Shown: positions 1-8,499, counted from the stretch's first letter. The stretch: DNA of 15,481 nt from Candidatus Heimdallarchaeota archaeon (GCA_019057375.1 DXJF01000070.1:1-15481), one strand, 5' to 3'. A program made the numbers and translations. The notes: generated by a model not told the origin, from the letters alone.

Positions 1-767
1 TCAGCATCTTCAACTACTCCTTTTATATCTTCTTGATCTTCAGGATAAAGTGATTCTAAAAGCTGAAACACCCAGTGAATCATAAAATTATATAGATAAG
101 AAGATTTTCTCAGTACTTTTCTCCACTCAAACCACTTTGCTATATTCTGAGAATGAACTGATTGCATTTTTTCTAAATCCTCTTCTGTTACTTCTCTAGT
201 TGAATATCTCAGTGGGTAAAAAGAAACAGGTTTGGCTCCTTTGAATAAGAAACTATCAAAATCCTTAATCAAAGTTCCAAAAATCAATTCAAAATCCATC
301 ATTGCAAATCTTGTGATAACTTTGGATTCTTTGTAATAATCAGCATAACTTGCCCCCTTCTTATAGTAAATTGATTTGAGAATTTTCGCATAAATTGGTA
401 GAAGGAGAGTTTTTCCTTCCTCATTTAATTCTTCAAATATTGCATCTTTGTTAGATAATTCTGCTATGTAATATTCTATCAGAAAAGCACAATAAGTAGA
501 TGTAGATAATTCAGGATGTGATAAATAAAATTCAATTGCCTTTGTAGTTTCTTTTGTATTCTTCTTAATCTTGCTTAAATCAATATCATCTGGTAAATCG
601 ATAGTTTTCTTCTGTCTATCTTTAGGAATTAGATATTTACCTCCTTTTTCGAAGACAAGAGCTTTTTTCTTTGTTAATAACCCGAATGAAACTTCTGATT
701 TCTGTAAAGTTCCTTTATATAAAACTACGTCCATTAAGATTCCTCGCTTAACTCTCTCTAAAGTCAT
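1..767 (-). CDS. Hypothetical protein, runs off the left edge (at least 255 aa, C-terminus missing); absent from the ORF track
   Basis: Manual translation from the ATG at 767 (cat at 765-767) gives MTLERVKRGILMDVVLYKGTLQKSEVSFG...LYPEDQEDIKGVVEDA with no stop to the window edge. Divergent from the 836 gene. No family recognised. Confidence 0.85.
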   Translation of the reverse strand, partial: MTLERVKRGILMDVVLYKGTLQKSEVSFGLLTKKKALVFEKGGKYLIPKDRQKKTIDLPDDIDLSKIKKNTKETTKAIEFYLSHPELSTSTYCAFLIEYYIAELSNKDAIFEELNEEGKTLLLPIYAKILKSIYYKKGASYADYYKESKVITRFAMMDFELIFGTLIKDFDSFLFKGAKPVSFYPLRYSTREVTEEDLEKMQSVHSQNIAKWFEWRKVLRKSSYLYNFMIHWVFQLLESLYPEDQEDIKGVVEDA

Positions 768-835
768 AGGCTAATAAATCTTTATTTTAGCGATATAGAA
801 AAAATTAAAGTTGAGCACATTTTATATCCATTAGA

Positions 836-1339
836 ATGAATAGAGAGAAAACACTTGAATTTCTGAAAGAAGAGCATGAAAGGTTGAATTCTGTCTTCAA
901 TTCTCTTCATAGGGAGGAACTTGTTCAGTACCATATTGTAAAGGCTTGGAATATAAAAGATATTCTTGCGCACTTAGCTGCGTGGAACAAAGAATTGATA
1001 AAATCAATTGATAGTCTTTTGGATAAAAAAGACATATGGTTTAGAACAAAAAACGAAGATGAGTTTAATAAAATTCAAGTTACTTTAAGAAAATCTAAAA
1101 GTGTAACAGAAATAATCGACGAATGGAAAAATTCATTTAGTCAACTCATTGAAAAAATTGAAGGATTATCCGAGGAAGAATGGAATTTCAGATCTGATTA
1201 TAAATGGAAAAGTGGAGATTTTGTTACTGTTAAATCATTCTTTGAATATAGAAAACGGGGATTGGGTCATGAGGGATGGCATGCCTTCCAAATAGAAGAT
1301 TATTTTGAAAGCGATAGATGCGCTTGTAGAGTATATTAG
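836..1339 (+). CDS. DinB-superfamily four-helix bundle protein (ClbS/DfsB, DUF1706-like)
   Basis: WNIKDILAHLAAWN motif (first His) and C-terminal GHEGWH His pair; 167 aa and helical, as is typical of DinB/ClbS-DfsB proteins. Confidence 0.8.
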   Translation: MNREKTLEFLKEEHERLNSVFNSLHREELVQYHIVKAWNIKDILAHLAAWNKELIKSIDSLLDKKDIWFRTKNEDEFNKIQVTLRKSKSVTEIIDEWKNSFSQLIEKIEGLSEEEWNFRSDYKWKSGDFVTVKSFFEYRKRGLGHEGWHAFQIEDYFESDRCACRVY

Positions 1340-1390
1340 ACATGTAGCATACTCAACGTTTAAATTTTGAAATTAGTGTGGATTACATCG

Positions 1391-2692
1391 ATGATTCTTG
1401 AAAGGTATTTATCAAAAAAAGGTCAATATTTAGAGAACAATGTTAATCTTTCAGCAGGCACTATAGCTTGGGGTGTAAAGGCTAAAAAAAGAGCAAAAGA
1501 GAGTTCAGACTTTATTAATGCTACAACTGGAACAGCAACTGAAGATGATGGAAGGTTGATGGTTTTACCAACTCTTTATGATGAACTTCGACAATTAACA
1601 GGAGATCAATTATTCGCTTATGCAAATATGAGAGGACTACATGCTTTTGTTCAAGCTTGGAAAAAAGATACTCTAGAGAGCTTTCCTTCTGATTTAAGAA
1701 AAAAAACTGAAAATCTTTCAACTCTTCCGGTAACTGCATGTGGTGGTTTAACTGGAGGATTGATGTTAGCTGGTCAAATTTTCTTTGACAAAGGTGACAC
1801 GTTATTAGCTCCAAATTCAAGATGGGGAAACGTAGATAATGTTTTTTTCAAGAATCAGCAGCTAAAAGAAACACCATATAAGCTAATTGACCAAGAAGGT
1901 AATCTTTCTCTCTCAAATTTGAGTGATAAGTTAATCGAATGCCAAAAAACAGAGAAAAAAATAGGGGTTTATCTTAATTTTCCTAACAATCCATCTGGAA
2001 TTAGTCCTACAATAAGCCAAATTAAGGAATTACAAGAGACACTAGAAAAGATTACAATTCCAGCTGTTCTATTTCTTGATGATGCGTATGAAAATTATTG
2101 TTTCGAAGATGATGTAGTTGACCATTCTATTTTCCCTTATTTAGTTGGACTAAATGATAATGTAGTCACAGTAAAAATCGATGGAGCTTCAAAAAGATAC
2201 TGTGCTTATGGTGCAAGATTGGGTACCATGACAGTAGGTTTTGGATCAGAAAAGGATGAAGAGGAAAAAGCTAAAATCAGAGAATTAATGGCTAAAGCGG
2301 CAAGAACTAACACCTCAAGCGCACCTAGAGGTATTCAAGAAGCACTAACCAATGTCCTAACAGATGAAAGAAAGAATAAAAAAATCAAGAAAGAGAAATC
2401 AAGAAATCTGAATATTCTTTCTAGAAGATACAAATTGATCAAGAAACTCGGAGAAGAAATAACTAATAAGGTACTTAAACCTGTAAAATTCAACTCAGGA
2501 TTCTTTGGTTATTATCTAATAAAAAATCAGCAGACAGCTACAGAGATATCAACAAAGCTTTTAGAAAAAGGATTAGGAACAGTTCCTTTTGTAAATACAT
2601 CAAATGACTTAAACGGAATAAGAGTTGCATTTTGTTCCATTAGTGAAGAGAATATTCCTAAAGCATTTGATATTCTATATTCGACTTCTTGA
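1391..2692 (+). CDS. PLP-dependent class I/II aminotransferase (PRK08637-like subfamily); substrate unknown
   Basis: Motifs INATTG, NFPNNPSG, DDAY and KIDGASKRYCAYGARLG (PLP lysine). Start moved from the track's TTG 1367 to ATG 1391 because the TATA-like GTTTAAAT (1358-1365) lies 25 nt upstream of it. Confidence 0.88.
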   Translation: MILERYLSKKGQYLENNVNLSAGTIAWGVKAKKRAKESSDFINATTGTATEDDGRLMVLPTLYDELRQLTGDQLFAYANMRGLHAFVQAWKKDTLESFPSDLRKKTENLSTLPVTACGGLTGGLMLAGQIFFDKGDTLLAPNSRWGNVDNVFFKNQQLKETPYKLIDQEGNLSLSNLSDKLIECQKTEKKIGVYLNFPNNPSGISPTISQIKELQETLEKITIPAVLFLDDAYENYCFEDDVVDHSIFPYLVGLNDNVVTVKIDGASKRYCAYGARLGTMTVGFGSEKDEEEKAKIRELMAKAARTNTSSAPRGIQEALTNVLTDERKNKKIKKEKSRNLNILSRRYKLIKKLGEEITNKVLKPVKFNSGFFGYYLIKNQQTATEISTKLLEKGLGTVPFVNTSNDLNGIRVAFCSISEENIPKAFDILYSTS

Positions 2693-2732
2693 TATCTATG
2701 AAACAGAAAAAGCTAAAGAGAAGAAGTTGTAT

Positions 2733-3923
2733 CTACTTCTTCATCGTTTTGAATTTCTTAACAGTTATTGGTAGGGCAATAAGGATTAGAACAGCAAAAC
2801 TAAGTAAAACATATGGTGCACTAGTTTTTGTAGTCGGATAGCCAAATACTCTATAATATGTTTCAAGAACTGCTGCTGATGCATTTACCATTCCATACCC
2901 AAAATAATCATCCTTACCTTCATCACCTAAATCATCAGCGGTTTCATGGAGAATCTCTCTTATCTCACCAACAGACATAGTATAGTTAATGGATCTCATC
3001 AAAGCTATAACCCCTACAACCTGTGGGCATGCAAAAGATGTACCCCATCCAGTTGTATAACCATCAGGAGGATAAGTGCTTCTGATATTATTGACTCCTT
3101 GATCACCAACGGGAGCAACAAGTTCAGTCCATGGACCAAAATTACTGAAATCTGCTACATCTCCCCAGTAGCTGGTTGCACCAACAGAGATTACATTATC
3201 ATACCCTCCGGGAAATGATTGATAGTATCTTCCACCTCCAGATGACAAGGGCGTATTTCCTGTAACAGAAACTACAGGAATGTTTTGATCTATAGCATAT
3301 GTGATGTCATCATGGTATAACTCACTTTCGGAATAATAATGAAGACTTAAGTTGATGATGTCTGCACCGTTTTCAGCAGCATAACGTATGGCGTCACCGA
3401 ATCCGTCTAAAGTTGTTCCTGCATAATTTGCTGAATCAAGAACTCTGATATCCATAATAGTCACATTAGGAGCAACACCTGCTACACCAATTCCATCAAG
3501 TGGAGCGGCTATGATACCTGTAATGAAAGTAGCATGCCAATGAACGGGATCAGCAGCTTCTGGGCCAGGAATGCTGTCGTTGGAAACAAAATCCCATCCT
3601 GCAACGTCATCAATGTATCCATTACTGTCGTCATCTATCCCATTATCTGGGATTTCATCTGTATTATTCCAAGATTTTCCTTCCAATTGTGGATGTGAAA
3701 AGTCTATTCCAGAATCGATTATTGCTACAATTATATTTTCGTTTCCATATGTTTTCTCCCAAGCCCCATAAATGCTTATTTGAGGGAGATGCCAACCTAC
3801 ATCATTTACTTTTGTACTAGGAGGTAAAGTTATATCAGGTTTACTCACTGCAGAGTTGTAATTTAATGAAAATAAAACAATTAACAATAATGTAGCTATA
3901 ACATGTTTGAATGCTTTATTCAT
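2733..3923 (-). CDS. Secreted, C-terminally membrane-anchored S8 (subtilisin-like) serine protease
   Basis: Catalytic triad motifs VAIID70SGID, H130ATFITG and GTS296FACP; oxyanion TGN223; acidic insert NTDEIPDNGIDDDSNGYIDD; N-terminal hydrophobic signal; C-terminal TM followed by KKFKTMKK. Confidence 0.95.
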   Translation of the reverse strand: MNKAFKHVIATLLLIVLFSLNYNSAVSKPDITLPPSTKVNDVGWHLPQISIYGAWEKTYGNENIIVAIIDSGIDFSHPQLEGKSWNNTDEIPDNGIDDDSNGYIDDVAGWDFVSNDSIPGPEAADPVHWHATFITGIIAAPLDGIGVAGVAPNVTIMDIRVLDSANYAGTTLDGFGDAIRYAAENGADIINLSLHYYSESELYHDDITYAIDQNIPVVSVTGNTPLSSGGGRYYQSFPGGYDNVISVGATSYWGDVADFSNFGPWTELVAPVGDQGVNNIRSTYPPDGYTTGWGTSFACPQVVGVIALMRSINYTMSVGEIREILHETADDLGDEGKDDYFGYGMVNASAAVLETYYRVFGYPTTKTSAPYVLLSFAVLILIALPITVKKFKTMKK

Positions 3924-3945
3924 AATAATTAGGTGACTAAAGTAA

Positions 3946-3954
3946 CTTATAAAA
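3946..3954 (-). promoter_or_regulatory. Archaeal TATA box (TTTTATAAG) for the S8 protease gene
   Basis: 22 nt upstream of ATG 3923. Confidence 0.65.
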
Positions 3955-4080
3955 TTATTTACTTCAATATAATATCTAATTTGTTGTAATCAAATTATTG
4001 AAAAATAGATTTTTGTTTGATTATTTTTAAGTATCCAAGATATCTTTTTCTCCTAATCACTTAGCTGTAAAAATATCATA

Positions 4081-4100
4081 AAAGAAAGAAAAAAGAGGAA
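4081..4100 (-). terminator. Oligo-T/pyrimidine tract terminator after plsY
   Basis: Minus strand reads TTCCTCTTTTTTTCTTTCTTT shortly after the TAG stop. Confidence 0.55.
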
Positions 4101-4108
4101 GGAGTCAG

Positions 4109-4855
4109 CTATTTTAAAGCTTCATCTGCTTTTCCTTTGAAAATCTTCCAGAGTTTCATCTTTTTAGCTTCACCAGTCTTAATCTTTCTGAAGTTTTCTC
4201 CTTGTCTTGAAAGAACCACTAGAGTTATAGCTATCATTGTAGCAAATGCTACCCAACCAAAAATTCCAGTTACAGCTGGATTATTCAAATCCGCAATACC
4301 AGTTGCTGGTGAAACCCAAGTCCATATATGTGCCCCCCAAAAGATGAAGATTACACCCATAACGACAAAACTGACTAAATATGTTATTGCACTATACATG
4401 ATGGCTGATCCCAAGATAAAATAAAGTACCAACCATACTGGTAAAAAGATTGGATTAAAGAATATCATAGAACCCAAGGTAGATGCAACACCTTTTCCTC
4501 CTGGACCCCAAAGCCATATGGGCCAATTATGACCTAGAATTGCTGCTGGACCAGCAAAAGCGACCACCCAGAGATCACTATTACTAAATGCGAACGAGAT
4601 GTATACAGTTAACCACATAGCAAAGAAACCCTTTAACATATCAAGTATAGCTTCAATTATTCCAACAGTATAAGCTAGCCCTTTTGATTTTCCTTCTGCT
4701 TGAAATGCTCGAATGACGTTTCTTCCACCAACATTTTTCGAACCAACAGTTCGAATATCTATTCTTAACCATAGCTTTACTATAATCCAAGCAATTGGAA
4801 TTGAACCTAAAAGATAACCTATTGCTGCTGCCCAGAGAACATCTATTGTTATCAT
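4109..4855 (-). CDS. plsY: Glycerol-3-phosphate acyltransferase, PlsY family
   Basis: YLLGSIP, IDIRTVGSKNVGGRN, DMLKG, GHNWPIW-GGKGVA and R-x-x-EN-x5-GE-x-K motifs in a polytopic membrane protein of 248 aa. Confidence 0.9.
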   Translation of the reverse strand: MITIDVLWAAAIGYLLGSIPIAWIIVKLWLRIDIRTVGSKNVGGRNVIRAFQAEGKSKGLAYTVGIIEAILDMLKGFFAMWLTVYISFAFSNSDLWVVAFAGPAAILGHNWPIWLWGPGGKGVASTLGSMIFFNPIFLPVWLVLYFILGSAIMYSAITYLVSFVVMGVIFIFWGAHIWTWVSPATGIADLNNPAVTGIFGWVAFATMIAITLVVLSRQGENFRKIKTGEAKKMKLWKIFKGKADEALK

Positions 4856-4876
4856 GTCTGAATCTCTTTAAAGCTT

Positions 4877-4885
4877 CTTTAAAAA
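4877..4885 (-). promoter_or_regulatory. Archaeal TATA box (TTTTTAAAG) for plsY
   Basis: 21 nt upstream of ATG 4855, preceded by purine-rich CGAACAAAG (BRE-like). Confidence 0.6.
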
Positions 4886-5037
4886 CTTTGTTCGAATAAA
4901 TAAATGCATTGAGACATAGAAGAATTAGAGCCTTAAAACATTTTTTGGATTGATTCTAGAAAGGAAAAATTTCTTCAAATATTAGTAACTAACCACTAGT
5001 TTGAAATAGACTTTATATGAATGATTTGTGAACTATA

Positions 5038-6222
5038 ATGATTAGAGAGTTCAAAAATTCAGAAGATATAAAACAAGCTGTCAAGTTAGCCGCATTATGC
5101 TTCCATGAACCAACCAAAGAAATGGAAAAATTCTTTGCAGGAATCAAAGAGTTAAAAATGTTAGGAGCTTTTGAAGAGAATACTCTTCTAGCAGCTGCTG
5201 GTTCATATAAATTTCAAATGTTCATAAGAGAAAAACTGTTTGACTGTGCAGGAATGGCTTATGTTATGACTCATCCAGTTCATAGAAGAAAAGGTTATGT
5301 TAAGGACTTAATGAATAAACTGATTATAGATAGTAGAAATCAAGGTTATCCTGTTGCAGCTCTTTGGCCTTTTGATCATAGTTTTTATCAGAAATTTGGA
5401 TTTGAAAATGCTGAAAAAGCAATCCATTACAATTTCAAACCAATTGATATAAAATCAAGTTTTAAGCTTGAAGATAATATCAAAATAAGTGAAGTAATAG
5501 ATAAGAAGGATTTCGCACCTCTGATTCAAGTGGCTGAAAATGCACTAAATAAATATACAAGAGTCATCGGAGATGTTGATGCCTGGTTACTCAGAGGAGA
5601 ACTACAGGGTTATTTCAAAATATATCTTATGGAGCGAGACGAAAAACCTATCGCTTATCTTTCCTTAAAATTCAGAAAAGCAAAAGAATGGGAACACAAC
5701 ATGCAAATAATGGATTTTGCTTATGTAGATATAAATGCAAAACATAATCTTCTTGCTTTCTTGAGAAATTTTGAAGCAGACATAAATCAAATAACACTAA
5801 CTCTCCCAGTTCAAGAGGAAATTGAAAGTTATTTAGATGGTGTAAAGGACACTCACAAATTTAGTCAATGGCCAGCAATGTTTAGAATTTTAGATGTTAA
5901 GAAGTCTTTCGAACAATTAGACTATCACTCTGTATTAAATGAAAAACTATATTTTCAAATCAAGGACAATGTTCTTCCCAAAAATAGTGGTATTTGGAAT
6001 TTACAAATAAATAACGGTAAATGTATAGCATCGAAAATCGAAGGGCAAAATATTGCCAAGGAGAAAATTCTAGAACTATCAATAAATCAGCTATCTCAAA
6101 TTCTTATTGGCTATTCTAAAGTTGAAAATCTTCTAGAGCATACTGGAATAAGAATTCCTGAAGAATGGAAACATAAATATTTGTTCCCAGTAATGCCATG
6201 CTCATTCATGCTGTGGTTTTAA
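5038..6222 (+). CDS. Eis-like GNAT N-acetyltransferase (tandem GNAT plus SCP2-like C-terminal domain)
   Basis: VMTHPVHRRKGY acetyl-CoA motif, ALWPFDHSFYQKFGFE, C-terminal D-x2-LPKNSG-W and LSINQLSQILIGY; 394 aa matches the Eis architecture. Confidence 0.9.
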   Translation: MIREFKNSEDIKQAVKLAALCFHEPTKEMEKFFAGIKELKMLGAFEENTLLAAAGSYKFQMFIREKLFDCAGMAYVMTHPVHRRKGYVKDLMNKLIIDSRNQGYPVAALWPFDHSFYQKFGFENAEKAIHYNFKPIDIKSSFKLEDNIKISEVIDKKDFAPLIQVAENALNKYTRVIGDVDAWLLRGELQGYFKIYLMERDEKPIAYLSLKFRKAKEWEHNMQIMDFAYVDINAKHNLLAFLRNFEADINQITLTLPVQEEIESYLDGVKDTHKFSQWPAMFRILDVKKSFEQLDYHSVLNEKLYFQIKDNVLPKNSGIWNLQINNGKCIASKIEGQNIAKEKILELSINQLSQILIGYSKVENLLEHTGIRIPEEWKHKYLFPVMPCSFMLWF

Positions 6223-6233
6223 ATGAGTGGAAT

Positions 6234-6243
6234 AATATATAAG
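6234..6243 (+). promoter_or_regulatory. Archaeal TATA box (AATATATAAG) for the 145-aa gene
   Basis: 22 nt upstream of ATG 6266. Confidence 0.6.
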
Positions 6244-6265
6244 TAAGAAAATCTTATTCTATTTC

Positions 6266-6703
6266 ATGAGTGAACACGAAGTTGAAGAATTAGAACAAAT
6301 ACTCATTCCTTTTGCTTTAAGCAGATTTGATCTTGACAACTATAAAACTAATTTTCCAATGGGAAAAATGGCTATGAATATGGCCAAACGCATGATGGGG
6401 AACTGGATTAACGATTATGTTACTTGGCTAGTTAGAGCTTTTACTCGCTGCTTAGTCAATGTAACTGATGGAATTTATCTAAAAGATCTTGCAGCTGTGG
6501 TATTAGCAGAAGCAAGTTTCATGCAGGGAATCGGTCCTTGGGGTCCTTTCCAAATGCAAATGGGTCAACCAGGTGGTGGCGATAGATCTGCAATGGAACC
6601 CCAAGTCGAAACTGAGGCTCATGCTTGGTTACTTCATCTGCAAGAAATAGGCAAACTACCAGGTGTCTATGAACGCTTTACTGGAAAGTATACCTTGAAC
6701 TAA
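6266..6703 (+). CDS. Hypothetical 145-aa Met/Gly-rich soluble protein
   Basis: Clean ATG ORF with TATA AATATATAAG (6234-6243) 22 nt upstream. Its C-terminal peptide recurs in diverged form at 8413-8478, which supports real coding constraint. Confidence 0.85.
   Translation: MSEHEVEELEQILIPFALSRFDLDNYKTNFPMGKMAMNMAKRMMGNWINDYVTWLVRAFTRCLVNVTDGIYLKDLAAVVLAEASFMQGIGPWGPFQMQMGQPGGGDRSAMEPQVETEAHAWLLHLQEIGKLPGVYERFTGKYTLN
6638..6703 (+). repeat. Copy 1 of a diverged 66-bp direct repeat (copy 2 at 8413..8478)
   Basis: Codon-by-codon alignment gives 47/66 nt identity; the longest exact runs are 7 bp (aaatagg, taccagg). Confidence 0.85.
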
Positions 6704-6716
6704 ATATTTCTTGTCT

Positions 6717-8339
6717 TTATTTGTTTTTTTCTTTTTTCTCTTGTTGTTTTAAGGGACTGCCTAAGTCTTCTAATCTTTCTTTAAAATTGAATTTATCATA
6801 AGTAACTGTTCTTTCCACTACCTGATTATCGACACGAGAAGCAATTTTGTCTAGTTTATCAAAACTAGTTCGTTTTCTTTGTATTCTCTCTTTCTCTTTC
6901 CTCATTTCTTCAGCTCTAGCATCAAAATTAAGTTTATATTTTATGTAATCTCGAAGATTCATATTTGCTCTTTCTAGCTTTCTATTTATGACAACATAAA
7001 TTGCAATAATTTCCAATGTAACAATAATTGAAAGGTTCAACAGTCTATAGAAATTGTCATCAATTTGAATAAATTGATGTAATATTGTAGTGAAAATAAA
7101 CGATACAAGGATTATTATTCCTGGGAAGAACAGAAATAGATAGCTTATATCGCTTACAAGAGAAGTGACTGCATAACCTTTTCCAAAGAAGAAAAGGACA
7201 ATATACTTAATTATTAGATAAGTTGCAATTATTGCAATTATGAGCCACGAAACGATAATGAGGGTTTTATTACTAGAATCAAAGGAATAAATAACAAATG
7301 TAACAAGAAAAATTGTTACCACCAAATCTTGTAAAATTCTTTCTCTCCTAATTGACAGAACTCTTCTTACTGAACCTCTAGGTTCCTCCTCTAAACTAAT
7401 AATCTCGGAATATTCACTTGTTGCGGTTCTTTTTCGAGTGAATAAGTTAACTTGGCAGTGGATGCAATGTTCTAAGAACATATCAGTTCTTTCACCACAT
7501 ACAGGACAATTAATTAGATTAAATTTCACTTCTATTTCTTTCTGCTCCTTTTGTTTTTCTTCTGTTGCCACAGATTTAGTCTTCTGTTGAAGAAGAGAAA
7601 TAAAAGTTCTAGATTGGATATGTTCCTTAGTAGTAGGAATTTCGGTTCTTAATCTTCTATCTTTAACTAAGAATGCTACTTTAGCTTCATAAGGTAAGAG
7701 AGGTTTAGTTAGAACAAACTTTCGAATTCTTGAGATATCAACTATTAGTTTTATTCCTACAACAATCATCAATCCTGATTCAACGAATCCATTGAATGTG
7801 ACCAAGAAAGCATATAACGCTTCATCAGCAACATAATTTGCTATAGCACTAAAAACTGCGATTATAATTGAAAAAAACGCATAAATTGAATAAAAAGCAC
7901 TTCCTATTTTTAGAGAAAAAATTCTATCGATTTTCCTTAAAAGCTTATTTAACAAATAAAAACCAAAAATCCTACCTAGGATGACTGTATATCCAGTTAA
8001 TCCCGCTAAGAATGGCCATCCAAGAAATACTATGTCCGAGAGTACTGCTACTGAAAACGCCATCATCCACAAAGCAGTTTGTTTCCCTATCTTTGTAATA
8101 TGATCAACAAAATAGATATCGGTAATAGAATATATTCCATATGCAATAGGTAATAAACTAATTGCGGTAAATGCAAAAAGGATGTATTCAATCAGTTGAT
8201 AATAGTCTGAATTATTGAGATATAAATTATGCGCAATATTTAGAAAACTGACAATGATAAATAAAATGCATCCTGAAAAAATAAATACTGAATGAGTTTT
8301 TATAGGCTGATCTGCTTTTTCTTGCTCTTTCATTAGCAA
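6717..8339 (-). CDS. Hypothetical polytopic membrane protein with an internal C4 zinc ribbon (start TTG 8339 or ATG 8333)
   Basis: About 6 hydrophobic segments in the first ~200 aa, a charged linker, CPVC-x10-CIHC (nt 7455-7508), about 4 further TM segments and a highly charged C-terminal tail. Confidence 0.85.
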   Translation of the reverse strand: MLMKEQEKADQPIKTHSVFIFSGCILFIIVSFLNIAHNLYLNNSDYYQLIEYILFAFTAISLLPIAYGIYSITDIYFVDHITKIGKQTALWMMAFSVAVLSDIVFLGWPFLAGLTGYTVILGRIFGFYLLNKLLRKIDRIFSLKIGSAFYSIYAFFSIIIAVFSAIANYVADEALYAFLVTFNGFVESGLMIVVGIKLIVDISRIRKFVLTKPLLPYEAKVAFLVKDRRLRTEIPTTKEHIQSRTFISLLQQKTKSVATEEKQKEQKEIEVKFNLINCPVCGERTDMFLEHCIHCQVNLFTRKRTATSEYSEIISLEEEPRGSVRRVLSIRRERILQDLVVTIFLVTFVIYSFDSSNKTLIIVSWLIIAIIATYLIIKYIVLFFFGKGYAVTSLVSDISYLFLFFPGIIILVSFIFTTILHQFIQIDDNFYRLLNLSIIVTLEIIAIYVVINRKLERANMNLRDYIKYKLNFDARAEEMRKEKERIQRKRTSFDKLDKIASRVDNQVVERTVTYDKFNFKERLEDLGSPLKQQEKKEKNK

Positions 8340-8412
8340 ACATCCAGATGTTCTTATTTCGTTAAGGATAATAAATAAATATGCTACTTATACACACTTA
8401 TAAGCTGTTTGA

Positions 8413-8478
8413 CTGGAAAAAATAGGTAAATTACCAGGCGTGTATGAGAGATTTACAGGGAGATATTTTATTAATTAA
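8413..8478 (+). pseudogene. Orphan 3' gene fragment paralogous to the end of the 6266..6703 gene
   Basis: Translates LEKIGKLPGVYERFTGRYFIN* versus LQEIGKLPGVYERFTGKYTLN* (16/21 aa identical, 47/66 nt, same TAA). In-frame stops TGA 8410-8412 and TAA 8401-8403 lie just upstream and there is no in-frame ATG. Confidence 0.85.
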
Positions 8479-8499
8479 ACTAGAGAGATAACTCTAAGA

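Noticed and set aside
3963-4002. Inverted repeats upstream of the S8 gene (TAATTTG-N7-CAAATTA)
   Set aside because: Almost all A/T and not repeated elsewhere in the window; consistent with chance.
5038-6222. Eis as an aminoglycoside resistance gene
   Set aside because: Eis-fold acetyltransferases are widespread with varied substrates; nothing in the sequence indicates antibiotic specificity.
8381-8478. ATG 8381 micro-ORF (MLLIHTYKLFDWKK*) that would join the orphan tail through a -1 shift or one extra A in the A6 run at 8417-8422, giving a 32-aa peptide
   Set aside because: The unshifted frame (LEKI) already aligns better with the paralogue (LQEI), and the upstream peptide is not clearly homologous. 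Kept only as an alternative to check against reads.
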